Shown: positions 50,401 to 61,899 of the stretch, piece by piece
Position numbering within the stretch: the stretch's first letter is position 1
How the letters are laid out: each line of letters begins with the position of its first letter
From: Tubiluchus corallicola
Lineage: Eukaryota > Animalia > Priapulida
Assembly: GCA_030141605.1 (NCBI GenBank)
Contig: JAQGDQ010000912.1
Coordinates: 17,076-81,075, forward strand
Direction of reading: 5' to 3'
DNA length: 64,000 nucleotides
Program-made: the position numbers and the translations under genes
The notes under the pieces: model-generated
Databases searched by the model: none
Told to the model about the DNA's origin: nothing
The model's input: the letters and a program-made list of their open reading frames with translations, nothing else

Positions 50401-53400
50401 CAAGTATAGCTTTAGCTACTTGGCTACTGCTGGTCTGATAGAGACAAAACATTGAATGTTCCCCGGTTTTCTTCAAGTATAGCTTTAGCTACTTGGCTAC
50501 TGCTGGTCTGAGGAAGACAAAACACTGAATGTTCCCCTGTTTACTTCAAGTATAGCTTTAGCTACTTGGCTACTGCTGGTCTGATAAAGACAAAACATTA
50601 AATGTTCCCCGGTTTTCTTCAAGTATAGTTTTAGCTACTTGGCTACTGCTGGTCTGATAAAGACAAAACATTGAATGTGGTTTTCTCAAGCATAGCTTTA
50701 GCTACTTGGATACTGCTGGTCTGATAAAGACAAAACACTGAATGTTCCCCGGTTTTCTTCAAGTATAGCTTTAGCTACTTGGCTACTGCTGGTCTGAGGA
50801 AGACAAAACATTGAATGTTCCCCTGTTTTCTTCAAGTATAGCTTTAGCTACTTGGCTACTGCTGGTCTGAGGAAGACAAAACATTGAATGTTCCCCTGTT
50901 TTCTTCAAGTATAGCTTTAGCTACTTGGCTACTGCTGGTCTGAGGAAGACAAAACATTGAATGTTCCCCGGTTTACTTCAAGTATAGCTTTAGCTACTTG
51001 GCTACTGCTGGTCTGAGGAAGACAAAACATTGAATGTTCCCCGGTTTTCTTCAAGTATAGCTTTAGCTACTTGGCTACTGCTGGTCTGAGGAAGACAAAA
51101 CACTGAATGTTCCCCTGGTTTTCTTCAAGTATAGCTTTAGCTATTGGCTACTGCTGGTCTGATAAAGACAAAACATTAAATGTTCCCCGGTTTTCTTCAA
51201 GTATAGTTTTAGCTACTTGGCTACTGCTGGTCTGAGGAAGACAAAACACTGAATGTTCCCTGGTTTTCTTCAAGTATAGTTTTAGCTACTTGGCTACTGC
51301 TGGTCTGAGGAAGACAAAACACTGAATGTTCCCTGGTTTTCTTCAAGTATGGCTTTAGCTACTTGGCTACTGCTGGTCTGAGGAAGACAAAACACTGAAT
51401 GTTCCCTGGTTTTCTTCAAGTATAGTTTTAGCTACTTGGCTACTGCTGGTCTGAGGAAGACAAAACACTGAATGTTCCCTGGTTTTCTTCAAGTATGGCT
51501 TTAGCTACTTGGCTACTGCTGGTCTGAGGAAGACAAAACACTGAATGTTCCCTGGTTTTCTTCAAGTATAGTTTTAGCTACTTGGCTACTGCTGGTCTGA
51601 GGAAGACAAAACACTGAATGTTCCCTGGTTTTCTTCAAGTATGGCTTTAGCTACTTGGCTACTGCTGGTCTGAGGAAGACAAAACACTGAATGTTCCCTG
51701 GTTTTCTTCAAGTATAGTTTTAGCTACTTGGCTACTGCTGGTCTGAGGAAGACAAAACACTGAATGTTCCCTGGTTTTCTTCAAGTATGGCTTTAGCTAC
51801 TTGGCTACTGCTGGTCTGAGGAAGACAAAACACTGAATGTTCCCTGGTTTTCTTCAAGTATAGTTTTAGCTACTTGGCTACTGCTGGTCTGAGGAAGACA
51901 AAACACTGAATGTTCCCTGGTTTTCTTCAAGTATGGCTTTAGCTACTTGGCTACTGCTGGTCTGAGGAAGACAAAACACTGAATGTTCCCTGGTTTTCTT
52001 CAAGTATAGTTTTAGCTACTTGGCTACTGCTGGTCTGAGGAAGACAAAACATTGAATGTTCCCCCGGTTTTCTTCAAGTATAGTTTTAGCTACTTGGCTA
52101 CTGCTGGTCTGAGGAAGACAAAACATTGAATGTTCCCCCGCTTTTCTTCAAGTATAGCTTTAGCTACTTGGCTACTGCTGGTCTGAGGAAGACAAAACAC
52201 TGAATGTTCCCCTGTTTACTTCAAGTACAGCTTTAGCTATTGGCTACTGCTTATCTGATGGACAGTTTAAACTGGCCAATTGTATTCACTATCAGTCTCT
52301 TTTTAAGGAATTTCGTTTCAAACATCAAGTGCCATTTAACAGTGATAGTAAGTTTTCTGAGTACTTTAGGGTAGAATCTCATGCCTACTGGTCAAGTTCA
52401 TTCTGGGTCTGTAACTGTTGCCAAAAATATTCCTCTTAATGTGGTAGCTGCTTGAACAGTTTAATGGAGTGATGGTTACTATAGGCATTATTATGGGAGC
52501 TCATTCAGGATGACTAGTTGCCATTTGTTACATTAATGCATCAATGTCTTGTTGATTTCCTTGTTTGTTCTGTCTGTTGTTATTTTTTTGTTGTGTGTTT
52601 GCTTGTTTTACTTTTACTTTTGCTTTATCATTTTAACATAATTATAACTGTTTGTTTCATACGATGATGATTAAATGATGAAAGTAATACCACTGCAATA
52701 TATATATGTTAGGTGACTTTCATTGCAAATCCTAGTTCATAACAATGTTTTTACGACTTTCATATTATTATGAAGCAGAAGTCTGAAGAATGTTCAACTT
52801 TTTCTGTAGGATCCTGGTTGTGTTGTCATGGAAACGGCTGAGCCTCATCAGTGGTACACAAAACTGTGTTTTGAGAAAAATGCATTTCTCTGCGAGGCTC
52901 CTATTAATACGGGTAATGTTTTTATACACAATAAAAATAACTTAACCCTTAGTCGACCAAAGTGGGGGTACAAAATTACCCCAGCATTGTTTGCTCAAAT
53001 TTTTTATATTGATATATTCTCATTCAGTGACAGATACGACCTGATGTGGGGTAATTTATTATCCAACTTGGTATTTTAAGTAGGCAAAGCTTCGGAGTTT
53101 ACATGGCAGTATTTTTCTTTCTGGCAACACCATATGTTTACCTTGACAACGGAGAATTGTTGCAAACCTCCATTTGCAGTCCACGACTCAGCAAAGTGAT
53201 TTTTTTATCAATCTGCATGCTGAGGAAATTTCATAATGTGGATATTCATAATTTAGTAATATGGCGGGAACACCAGGTGGCTAAGCTTGAAGCTGATGAA
53301 GATAAAAATTGAGAAGATCCTGCAAGTGAAGACGAAGTGGAGATCTCAGAATTAAACAGTGAATATCATTAACCTATTTAGGAGAATTGTTACATGACTT

Positions 53401-56400
53401 GGTAAACCACGTATAAACAATGCAGTGGAATGGTGTAAAGCTTCTTTTTGTCCTTGGCGCCTTCATGTATCTATGCAAATTTGCCACAGAACTTAGTTTT
53501 TTTCCCATAATCACCTCGAATCCATTTAGTAACATTTATTAAGCAAAACTTTCATGGGGTAATTTATTACACCACTTGGTCTTTATCATAATATAAAAAT
53601 TCCTTGGTCAGCAAAGGGTTAAAGCTGAACAATGCTGTAGTAATCTCTAGTCATTGTTCAAGTCTTATTAGTTCAGGACTTCTTATGATTTATATAGATT
53701 AATGACAGCTTAAAGGCATTTTAAGAAAAATTCTAAGGAAACTTCTAAACTTCTAATTTCATATCAAAAGCTAATTCATAAAATTAAGTTTGGAAGTGAA
53801 ACAAATTGTTGTTGACTTAGGCAGTCAGTAAACAAACAAATAAGAAACGTCAACATCACAACATCACAATAAAATGTCCTTTTTTCAGGTGATTCGTGTG
53901 TCAACACTGACAGTTACTGTGACCACTGGGCAATGGTCGGCGAATGTTTAAGAAATCTTGAATACATGATTGTACACTGCCGAAAAGCATGTAGATTTTG
54001 TGATGCAGGTATGTGCAAAACATTCAATCTTGCATCACTTTAATTGCGTGCATTATTTGCCTGAATAACTCACAAATGGTGTTTTTTCATGTGCTTGTTA
54101 AGAGATATAAAAGTACAGTGATGTAGTACAATGAAATGTGAACGAAATAAAATATTACACTATTTAATATTTTGCTGAATACATATGCTGTAAAGCTTCC
54201 TTTGCTGAAGACACATTTTGCTGCAATATAATGTAATGCAAAATTTATTTGTATCATACACTACGTTATTTTAAATCTATACAATAAAATATATTTAAAA
54301 TTCATAAGATACTCAAAATTTAAAATACATTAAAAATAAATTAATTCTGTGTGAAAAGTACAATCTAGATAAATGTGTTTTAAAAATGGTCTTCGTTTAA
54401 AACAATCGAATGAATTTGTAGATCGTATAGCAACAGGTAATTTATTCCAGAAACCTGGAGCACAGACAAAAAAACATTTTCACCACAAAATGGCTGATGT
54501 AAATGGATTTGTTCATTAGCCTTAGAATGAAGTGTTTAGTCTATATTACAGTAAAATAAAAGATGTATGAGGTGTACCTACCATAACATGAAGTATTTTG
54601 TAGGTGATACAAATAATATTAATTTGAATCTGGTACTTGACCAGTAGCCAAAGCAACTCTCTTAGAATAGGCGTAAGGCTATCATATTTTCTAGGTTTAT
54701 TAGTGCAATGAGCAGCAGAGTCTTGAAGTAGAACTCTGAAAATTTACTACAAATTTACATTGATGCAGTTGTTTGCTGTTGTTTTGATTTAAATACGTAT
54801 TTGTTAGACACTTGGCATACATGTATATGTACAGCATGTGAAAACGTAAAATGCACAGTCTATTAAAGGCAAACAGGACGATTGTTTAGACTCAATCTCA
54901 TTTTAATTTACTGTCCAAAGTATATTTCTTGCCTATAAAAGTTAGCAATTTTTTCTTATATTTGAATAATTAGCTTAGAAAGTTAATTAACGGCAACTTA
55001 ACACAGCTATCGCTTACGTCAGAAACTAACCACAGTTTGTACGATAACAGGCATCTTCCCTTGCGCGTCAAGCACGTCTGCGTAAGTTTTACAGTACTGC
55101 TTAATCACATGATGTCCGAAAAGGGGCTCTACGCTATATGACGTCAGAAACTAACACTACAGTTCGTGATCATTGTTATCACGATACCGCCTTCTATTTG
55201 CCAGCCATGCGAACGTGACAAAAAGGCGCCGTTGCCAATCTTAGTAGATTCACTGAGCCGTGCGTGTCTTTGAAAGTTTAACAAAATTATTATTATTAAT
55301 GTAAGCTTTGATTTAAAAAACCTATTGTAGTTTTCAATATTTTCGAGTATTCTTTATTCTGAACTAATGTTTACACAATCATCCGGTTGTCTGCATCTTA
55401 AATTAACAAATCCTGTTATAAATGCGATTCAATAAATTGCAAACAAATACAAAACAACAATATTACACGAGTGGTAAACAAACACTGTAAACAAATACCA
55501 TAAATAAACGAACAGTATTGTAAAATTACAATATTGCTTCAGTAATAACCAAACATCACCAATATTATAAATTATATTATGCAAGTGCATTTATAAACAA
55601 AAACATTTTAATTGGAATTAAATCGTTACTATTTTGAATGAAATTTATTACACTTAGGAATAAAATGCAATTCAGACCCTCAAGCATGATTACAGCAATT
55701 TAAAACTAAGTTTACAGTAGCCTGATAACCAGTGGATACTGAATTTAACGTCGAGTGCCTTGTATAGTCATACTTATTGCAGATCAGCAAGTAATGGTGG
55801 ACATCTTCAAATGGCGTCTACACGAACAAGCCATATTCTGTTGAATACGATTAATGACTAAATGGCTGTTGTTTTGATCTCATTATCTTATTACTTAATT
55901 TGTTTGGGACTTTCCAGATTGTTCGGATGAAGTTGACAATTGTTCCACATTGAGTCAAAATGGCGGTTGTACTAAAAATGCGCATTACATGTATAAAAAT
56001 TGTCCACTGACATGCAAAGTTTGTGGTTTTGAAGGAGGTAAATGAATTAACTTTTTTCATGTGTCTAAAGCTTCTTTTTTGTCTACTAGCTTGTGAATTA
56101 ACTCTGCAAAGAGGTCTGTTTTGCCGTGATGCTAGTCTCATTCTCGTTCCCAATTGCTAATGTAATAACCTTTTTATCAGTTTTTAATATTGTAATGATA
56201 GAGTTATCCCATATTCTAAACTTTTATGAACAAATGGATTCCATAACAATGGCAAATGGTGTTCTAAATAACGTAGTTGGGAAAAGTGAATCATAACAAA
56301 ACAGTAATTCTAAATTACACATCCATGTATTTGAGTAGAAAAACTCATTAAGCGAGTAAACAGAATTTTTTCTAGGCTATTTTCTGTATCTATTGAAGAT

Positions 56401-59400
56401 ACAGGGTTTGTATTAATAATTATTATAGATTTACTAGTAATTAATGGCATTTAACAACATTAGACAATGCTGATGTCACTAGCCATGACATAAATGGTGT
56501 AAATGCCCATGTGTACAATTCTAACAAGTCTATTGACTTGTGATATACAAACCAGTCAGAATTCAACTCTTAGTGAGTGAAAGATATTTCAATAATTAAT
56601 AGTATAATAAACTATTTGTTCACTCGGAAGCATTAGTCCGTTCTTTACACTGTTTCTGCAAGACTTACTCACAGGTAATTCCATAAAATAGCAATAAAAC
56701 AACACTAATATGACACTGAAAACGCTGAATTCGTCACTGACTATCTGATCTTAACGACATTCGTTTCTCAAGTGAGAAAAGAGCGGAAAAACGTGGGCGG
56801 TGCTGTGATCAGTATCAAGCAGCCGAAAATTTGACGAAATTTCGGACTCTCAGTACGACTTCACAAAAAGCTACCCCGGTTCAATAAATGAGAAAACTAA
56901 GTCATAGATCATCACTGGTAATCGGCCTCGGTCACAGTTACACATGACATGATTCTTATTTCTCGTAACTAACGTACTTAGTGTGTTGTACACATGTGTA
57001 TCACTTTTGCAGAGACAAAGTACTTAGTGTGTTGTACACATGTGTATCACTTTTGTAGAGACAAAGCCTTCGGGAAATTCGGTACTTTTATTTACTTTAG
57101 AATTTTTCAATCGAGAAAGAAAGGAGTGCTAGACTGGTGCTGAAATTTTGCCGCAACTTAAGATACATAGTCTAAGTTTCAGACCAAAACAGATGTGAAA
57201 TTGTTAGTAATGCTCATTTCTACTTGCTTGTTTTGATTAAGTGAAAACAACCCAAGAACAGTTGATTAAAATATGCACATAATTATTACCAAGATTTTAC
57301 ATTGTGATATTTATAATGATTACATGAAATGAACTGTATTATTAAATTACATTTGCTGCTGTGAATAGTGAAATTTCATAAAATTTTGATGGTATTCACA
57401 GAAGTCTTTATTTCACTTAGTTTTCACTTAGTATTACTTGAACTTAAAACAGAACCTTGTGATAAAATATATATTATGTTAGCTTGTGTTTAACAAAGTA
57501 ATTATTCTTATAATTCAAAGTAATTATCAACACTTACATTCTTGCAGCTATGAAAACATTAAGGTAATGAAGTACATCCAACAAAAACGTAAGACTCAAA
57601 TCTTGAAAACAAAAATATTAGCAAATCTGGAACGTGTCAACATAAATCATGGCAGTCTGACTACTGCTGCTCAAGCCAACTCACTTACCCAACCAGGTGA
57701 AACAGGTGGCAGCACTTAAACAAGAGCAATCAATTTTCTGCTAGATATTAAAGCAAAGTGAGACCAATTTTCGCCTAATACAGAGAGGCTGCCACAGCTT
57801 TAGTATAAGAAGATACGTCAGCCTGCTACATTATAATGGCAAACGGCCTAGCTACATTTTAGCAAGAGAAATTATTACATGTTATGGTAATTATATTTAC
57901 TCAAAAATATAACATATTATAAATGTTTACATTACTAACAATAGATCTTACCTAATTATGCCTCAGGATATCCTCGACTATTTTGGGACGCTTTCATGTT
58001 GGTGTCTATGCAGTCAGACTGTTTTTCCAGCATAAGTGGTGATGAAATGCCACTGTAGCTAAATGTTGAGAGTACAACAAACTATTATTTAAAGGCGGGA
58101 GTCGGAGTTGGAGCTCCTAAAATTTTAGGAGTCAGAGTTGGATCTAAAATTTTAGGAACCGGATTTGGACTTGGATCTTCTAAAATTCTAGGAGACGGAG
58201 TCGGAGTTAGAGCTAGAGTCAGAAATTTAATGTACCGCTGCACAGCCCTGTTTCCCAGGAAAGCAAATAGAATAATTAGCACATTAAAGAGCAATTAAGC
58301 AGAACTTCAAAAAATACTCTCTACAAGCTTATTCAGAAAACGTTTGTATGTTCGTTAATAAACCCGTTTGCTAGGGCAGATCCAAGCAAACAATGTAAAT
58401 ACGTATAAACACTGTGCCTGGAGATACACCAACCCGGGTCCATTTTCTCGACAAAATCATTATCTAATATGACTATGAACGTAACCTTATTTCTGCCCTA
58501 CATATCGTATCTCGTGTCGCTAGAACACGGCTAGTTGGAAGTGCCTAATCATGATGAACGATGCACGATAAAGATCGATTTCGTTTAGCTTATGTGTTAT
58601 CATCAATGCACGACTTTTGAAAACATTGTTTTGACATTTCCCAGACAATGCAGTGTTTGTTGCTTCCATTTCAGAATGTAAAAACAATTTCCCAAATTGC
58701 AACTGGTGGCCGGACGCTGGAGAATGTGAGTGGAATCCACCGTATATGTTAGCCAACTGTAGAGCTGGTTGTGGAAATTGTTATGATCGTACGTTTATAA
58801 ACCTTAAAACTTTTTCATCATTCACGTTTTACATTTTTACCCGAATAAACTTTGTAATTGTTAAAATACTCAAATTTGCTGGATTTACAAGTCAAGAAAT
58901 TGAGATATTTAAGCGTCGATTTCACCACGACAATTGACAACATCGTGAAAATTGGTACTTGGGCTGAATGACACTCAGCTTTTGTTGTTATTTTTCACAG
59001 AACCTATTAGAATAGACTCTGCCCATATAAACTTGTTGTATGTTTACCACTAATGATAACAGCAGTAGCTAGTCGAAATGCTTGGTATGATTTTAACTTT
59101 TAACTTTTTAATGTAAAAGTTTTTAATAAAGTTGTGTTGTTTCTAACTACAAATGTTTCTACGTGCCTGTAATAAAATTGCCTATTAGAATGTCTAAAAG
59201 TTGACAGAACTAATAGTTTAAAAATGTAGTTTTTAAGCTGCTGACTCAAGGCTACAAAGTTGAGAAGGTATCCAAATAATGGCTTCTCATAATGTCTTTG
59301 GCAAGAATAACTGTTTTTTTTAAAATGCCAAAACTATTGTAGAATTATCCTTATAATTTCATTAGTATTTAGACTGGTTATAGCTGTCATTGTTTTAGCA

Positions 59401-61696
59401 AAATAATGTGCATGAGCTGTCTAGTGTGAACCTGAACTTTTGACATTTTGAAATGAATGATAGTGAGTTGGCATTAAATACTTTTGATAATCTGTTATTT
59501 TTGCCTTGTATTGGCTGTGTGGTAATTTTTTTAAGTTTCAGAATTTTTTGCAAAGCACGTCCTATGGTACACTTCTCTAGTACACACAGTCATCTCTATT
59601 AAACAATTGTACATCGTATGTATGACTGAAGTAAAGTTATTTTTAAATGACGTCTATGCAATTAAAATCTTGAGTTGTCAGTGTTTTTGTATTTGTTTCA
59701 GCGTTGCACAATTGTCCTCCAAATAAAAATTATACTCACGTGTTCAAGGACTGCACAGGCACCCCCCACTGTTTTCAAAGAGTAGAAACAGCTGTACTTT
59801 GGCACGAAGCCAGAGACAAGTGCTGGAACGAATATGGTGGCGGCCATCTTGTTACGCTTGAAGACGAGCAGCTTCAAAGCAGGTGAGAAGAAAAAATTGA
59901 ATTCTGCCTAGGACCATTTCATGTCATAAAAATTTTTGAAGATCTGCAATTTTTTACTGTATCAAAGAAAGTTCATTTCGCTACAGAAGGTTCATAACCA
60001 GTGAGACCGAACTTGTTATTGAGTGACAACGTATTGCATCTGTAGTTGATGTTCATTCATTTTATGGACATTGAATGTAATAAAATCTCACACAAATGAA
60101 AAAATTCTCATCTATCAGTTTACGTTACGGGTTTTTGCTTTGTAATTTTCCCATCAGCTCATCACTGTCATAGCAATCTTCTAGCAATAATGAATTTTAA
60201 TTGCTGTATCCATTTTGATGCAATTAAAACGTAAATAGAAAGCATTTGTACTTTTCCTTAACTGCTAGCAATTGAGAGATTAAGCAGTGAGCTGCGTCTT
60301 GGCAACACACCTTTGTGACTTTAGTGATGCCTTCTCTGTGTGTGGCAACACACCTTTGTGACTTTAGTGATGCCTTCTCTGTGTGTGGCAACACACCTTT
60401 GTGACTTTAGTGATGCCTTCTCTGTGTGTGGCAACACACCTTTGTGACTTTAGTGATGCCTTCTCTGTGTGTATACAAAAACGACAATAACAGTGTAAGA
60501 ATATTTAGCATAAACTTCTTTGTTTGGAACGCAGTTGATCGTTTACTTGCGATTGAACACAGAAATAACAATTTCGTTGATATTATTTGCATTTTCTTTG
60601 ATAAATTTCTTATGCAAAACCAAAAAATTTTAGGTTTTTAAAATCATCGCTCATACCACGTGAATCCGACGTTACGGACCTTGGTATCAGAATCTGGATT
60701 GGTTACGTTTACAATGATGCAAGAAATGAACATTACTGGCTGAATGGACAAAGTCTAAGTGCTTCATGGCCGTCTGTTACATGTGGACTCTCATGTCCGG
60801 AGAATCATGTAAGTAAAATTCTCTTACATGATTTCGCTTTATCATAGTTTTTAAAATTTCATTTTTGTGAAAAAACACGTTAGATAATAATTAAAAAGCT
60901 TGTCTTGTGAAGTTAAACTTTATTAAGTTATAGAGTGAACTCACAAGAATTTCATATTTCATATTTATTAGTGCCAAAAATACATACACTACAGGAAAAA
61001 ATAAGACATACATAATGACATTGAAGACCAGCAAAACAATTACTGATAAAAAACAAATATTATTAAATCTTCCTGTTAGTTATTTTAGTCATTTAAATGA
61101 AGTTTAATGATCTGTGTTTATAATAAATTGTCATTCATCAGGCCTCATTTTCAATCATATGATCATTATATAGTATATTGTTCATCGTGTCTAAAAAACA
61201 CGTTTTCAAAATAATCAATAAACACCATAATTACTTCTAAATCATTACTTCCCATCAGGAATAAAAATTCATCAGCATTGCTCATAAGCGAAAGTTCTGG
61301 TTTAATTACATAGATGCGATTATATTACTTTCCTCTAAGATCATTGTAATATGGAGATTTCATAACAAAGTGTAATTCGTCTTCGATTTCATTTCTAAAA
61401 CAATATGTGGGTATGCGATTCCAAGCCAACAAATAAAGTCTACTATTCATTTCTACTAACACTACACATGTACTCTTAAACTTCTGACTGCTGTCAGCTT
61501 AAGTCGTAAATTCAACTGATTCAGTAGTTTCGGGTTTGAGATATTTTGCTTTGGAAAATAAGCATTAAATTTATTTCTTATTTTTTGCAGAACACTGACA
61601 AAGATTGTGTGAAAATGCGAGTATCAGATTGGAAACTTGAACAAGTGGTTTGTAGTCAGAGTCATCAGTTGCTCTGTGAAAAGAAGGCCACTCCAG
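31513..61696 (+). CDS. Gene B (spliced, 3' incomplete): secreted pentraxin-CTLDx3-ShKTx2-CTLD multidomain protein, over 919 aa
   Basis: 20 GT-AG exons with compatible phases from ATG 31513 to the donor after 61696; exon-by-exon paralogy with gene A (identical 173-nt and 208-nt exons). Confidence 0.88.
32340..32464 (+). CDS. Gene B exon 2, pentraxin N-terminus (SKLIPCKSSDSFKVVFPSKGTTDYI...AFTFCE)
   Basis: FP....DY and AFT.C pentraxin motifs. Confidence 0.9.
32467..32578. repeat. 22-bp tandem repeat x5 starting inside a splice donor
   Basis: AAATAAATGTGAAGATCACTTT. Confidence 0.93.
32621..32970. mobile_element. Truncated MITE, inverted relative to 38788-39171
   Basis: TAAGCCTTTTCACAG start; about 340 bp of reverse-complement similarity to 38826-39171. 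Confidence 0.8.
33861..33985 (+). CDS. Gene B exon 3, pentraxin (W...GALVSYAVEGTDNAILLF)
   Basis: SYA....DN..LL pentraxin motif; phase 0-2. Confidence 0.92.
34363..34484 (+). CDS. Gene B exon 4, pentraxin signature (DGSFHHLCVTYNNGEYALYVDG)
   Basis: HxCxT signature; phase 2-1. Confidence 0.93.
34604..34866. mobile_element. Inverted pair of Penelope-like terminal repeats with minimal hammerhead-like cores
   Basis: Arms are reverse complements, each with C(T/C)GATGA-stem-(G/A)AAAC followed by a poly(A)-signal-like (A/T)ATAAA; third copy at 59047-59180. Confidence 0.6.
34939..35085 (+). CDS. Gene B exon 5, pentraxin Ca2+ loop (GGSLIIGQDQDSVGGDFVSGQSFMGEITDV)
   Basis: GQ(E/D)QD..GG.F...QSF.GEI canonical pentraxin motif. 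Confidence 0.95.
35905..36050. repeat. (TTTAC)n-(CTCCA)n pentanucleotide repeat
   Basis: Direct inspection. Confidence 0.95.
36560..37530. repeat. Degenerate pentanucleotide-based satellite (CTGTC/CTATC/CTGCC)
   Basis: 5-bp periodicity with 35-40 bp higher-order unit. Confidence 0.92.
37661..37833 (+). CDS. Gene B exon 6, pentraxin C-terminus plus linker
   Basis: TCHSGYKGNLISW; phase 1-0. Confidence 0.92.
37993..38278. mobile_element. Tc1/mariner (pogo/Tigger-type) MITE
   Basis: TA|CAGTAAGTCCTCGCTTAACGA ... TCGTTAAGCGGGGAGTTACTA|TA. Confidence 0.8.
38788..39171. mobile_element. Full-length MITE of about 385 bp, TA-flanked
   Basis: TA|AGCCTTTTCTCAG ... CTGTGAAAAGGCT|TA. Confidence 0.8.
39688..40858. 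repeat. 59-bp minisatellite, about 20 copies, partly a 118-bp dimer
   Basis: Unit TTTTGCAGAGGGTTACCCAAGCTAGATTTGTTCAGCATACCTCAAACAATTCAAATCAG. Confidence 0.96.
40937..41118 (+). CDS. Gene B exon 7, CTLD1 N-part
   Basis: FCPDGY...FCYKF...AHDICASEGGTLAKID. Confidence 0.92.
41280..41462. repeat. (GA)n microsatellite
   Basis: Direct inspection. Confidence 0.95.
41838..41947 (+). CDS. Gene B exon 8, CTLD1 middle
   Basis: VWIGL...WEWEDG...KWAENEPQ. Confidence 0.92.
42010..42629. mobile_element. Kolobok-like non-autonomous DNA transposon, copy 1
   Basis: TTAA|AGGAAGACAGGA ... TCCGGTTTTGCT|TTAA; diverged direct copy at 47128-47687. Confidence 0.75.
43480..43605 (-). mobile_element. Degenerate 5S-derived SINE-like fragment
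   Basis: Minus strand CCAAAGTTAAGCAACATGATGGCTGATCGGTAAATAGATGGGTACC resembles 5S box A to box C. Confidence 0.45.
43878..44003 (+). CDS. Gene B exon 9, CTLD1 C-part
   Basis: ACIEL...YWKKEECGNNKTVVCE. Confidence 0.9.
44978..45190. repeat. (CAT/CAC)n microsatellite
   Basis: Direct inspection. Confidence 0.93.
45333..45540 (+). CDS. Gene B exon 10, CTLD2 N-part
   Basis: ECPSDW...LCLKV...TFYQAERKCH...SHLAKVDS; GA|gtgagt donor. Confidence 0.9.
47128..47687. mobile_element. Kolobok-like non-autonomous DNA transposon, copy 2
   Basis: Colinear with 42010-42629 (e.g. ATTCCACGAGCGTGTTGCACGTGTTTG). Confidence 0.75.
48032..48141 (+). CDS. Gene B exon 11, CTLD2 middle
   Basis: TWIGLMRLDGSLPYKHILD. 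Confidence 0.87.
48245..48522. repeat. Mosaic pentanucleotide repeat (GATAA/GGTAG/GCTAA/GGCAA)
   Basis: Direct inspection. Confidence 0.9.
49115..49243 (+). CDS. Gene B exon 12, CTLD2 C-part with poly-Glu loop
   Basis: DCAKLKVFPEEEEEEPEIRADIFTEVCTDELFAAVCE. Confidence 0.88.
49363..49537 (+). CDS. Gene B exon 13, CTLD3 N-part
   Basis: SCSEDD...GKCMRF...HDEALVSCESGLNLLTVKT. Confidence 0.85.
49820..49985 (+). CDS. Gene B exon 14, CTLD3 middle
   Basis: MWLAAK...FEYPDGS...YTTWSDGQYPE. Confidence 0.85.
50221..52255. repeat. 73-bp minisatellite, about 28 copies
   Basis: Unit GACAAAACACTGAATGTTCCCTGGTTTTCTTCAAGTATAGTTTTAGCTACTTGGCTACTGCTGGTCTGAGGAA. Confidence 0.96.
52810..52912 (+). CDS. Gene B exon 15, CTLD3 C-part
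   Basis: GCVVM...QWYTKLCFEKNAFLCE. Confidence 0.9.
52946..53618. mobile_element. piggyBac-like non-autonomous element
   Basis: TTAA|CCCTTAGTCGACCAAAG ... CCTTGGTCAGCAAAGGG|TTAA; repeated GGGGTAATTTATTA subterminal motif. Confidence 0.85.
53889..54008 (+). CDS. Gene B exon 16, ShKT domain 1
   Basis: CVNTDSYCDHWAMVGECLRNLEYMIVHCRKACRFC: six-Cys ShK pattern with W, GEC, N..YM; phase 1-1. Confidence 0.93.
58095..58250. mobile_element. hAT-like MITE fragment with GGAGTC repeats
   Basis: GGAGTCGGAGT repeats ending in CACAGCCCTG. Confidence 0.5.
58675..58788 (+). CDS. Gene B exon 17, ShKT domain 2
   Basis: CKNNFPNCNWWPDAGECEWNPPYMLANCRAGCGNC; phase 1-1 (alternative in-frame acceptor at 58645). 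Confidence 0.93.
59702..59882 (+). CDS. Gene B exon 18, CTLD4 N-part
   Basis: NCPP...HCFQRV...WHEARDKCWNEYGGGHLVTLED. Confidence 0.92.
60301..60472. repeat. 43-bp tandem repeat x4
   Basis: GGCAACACACCTTTGTGACTTTAGTGATGCCTTCTCTGTGTGT. Confidence 0.95.
60634..60808 (+). CDS. Gene B exon 19, CTLD4 middle
   Basis: IWIGYVYNDARNEHYWLNG...TCGLSCPE; CAT|gtaagt donor. Confidence 0.88.
61591..61696 (+). CDS. Gene B exon 20, CTLD4 C-part (gene continues beyond the window)
   Basis: DCVKMRVSDWKLEQVVCSQSHQLLCEK; phase-1 donor. Confidence 0.88.
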
Positions 61697-61899
61697 GTAA
61701 TAAGTCTTCCCCTGTCCAGAGAGTAAAAATGCATCAGCGGATAATGCTGTGAATTGCTTCGTTTGTAAATGGACGACTTGAGTGTTTAATGAACACAATA
61801 TAAAAACCAATTTGACTGATACACTTTGTCATGTAAGAGTAATACTAGTATGTGGCAAATTATGCTTCGTCTTTACTTTCTGTTTAAATTGAAAAGTCA

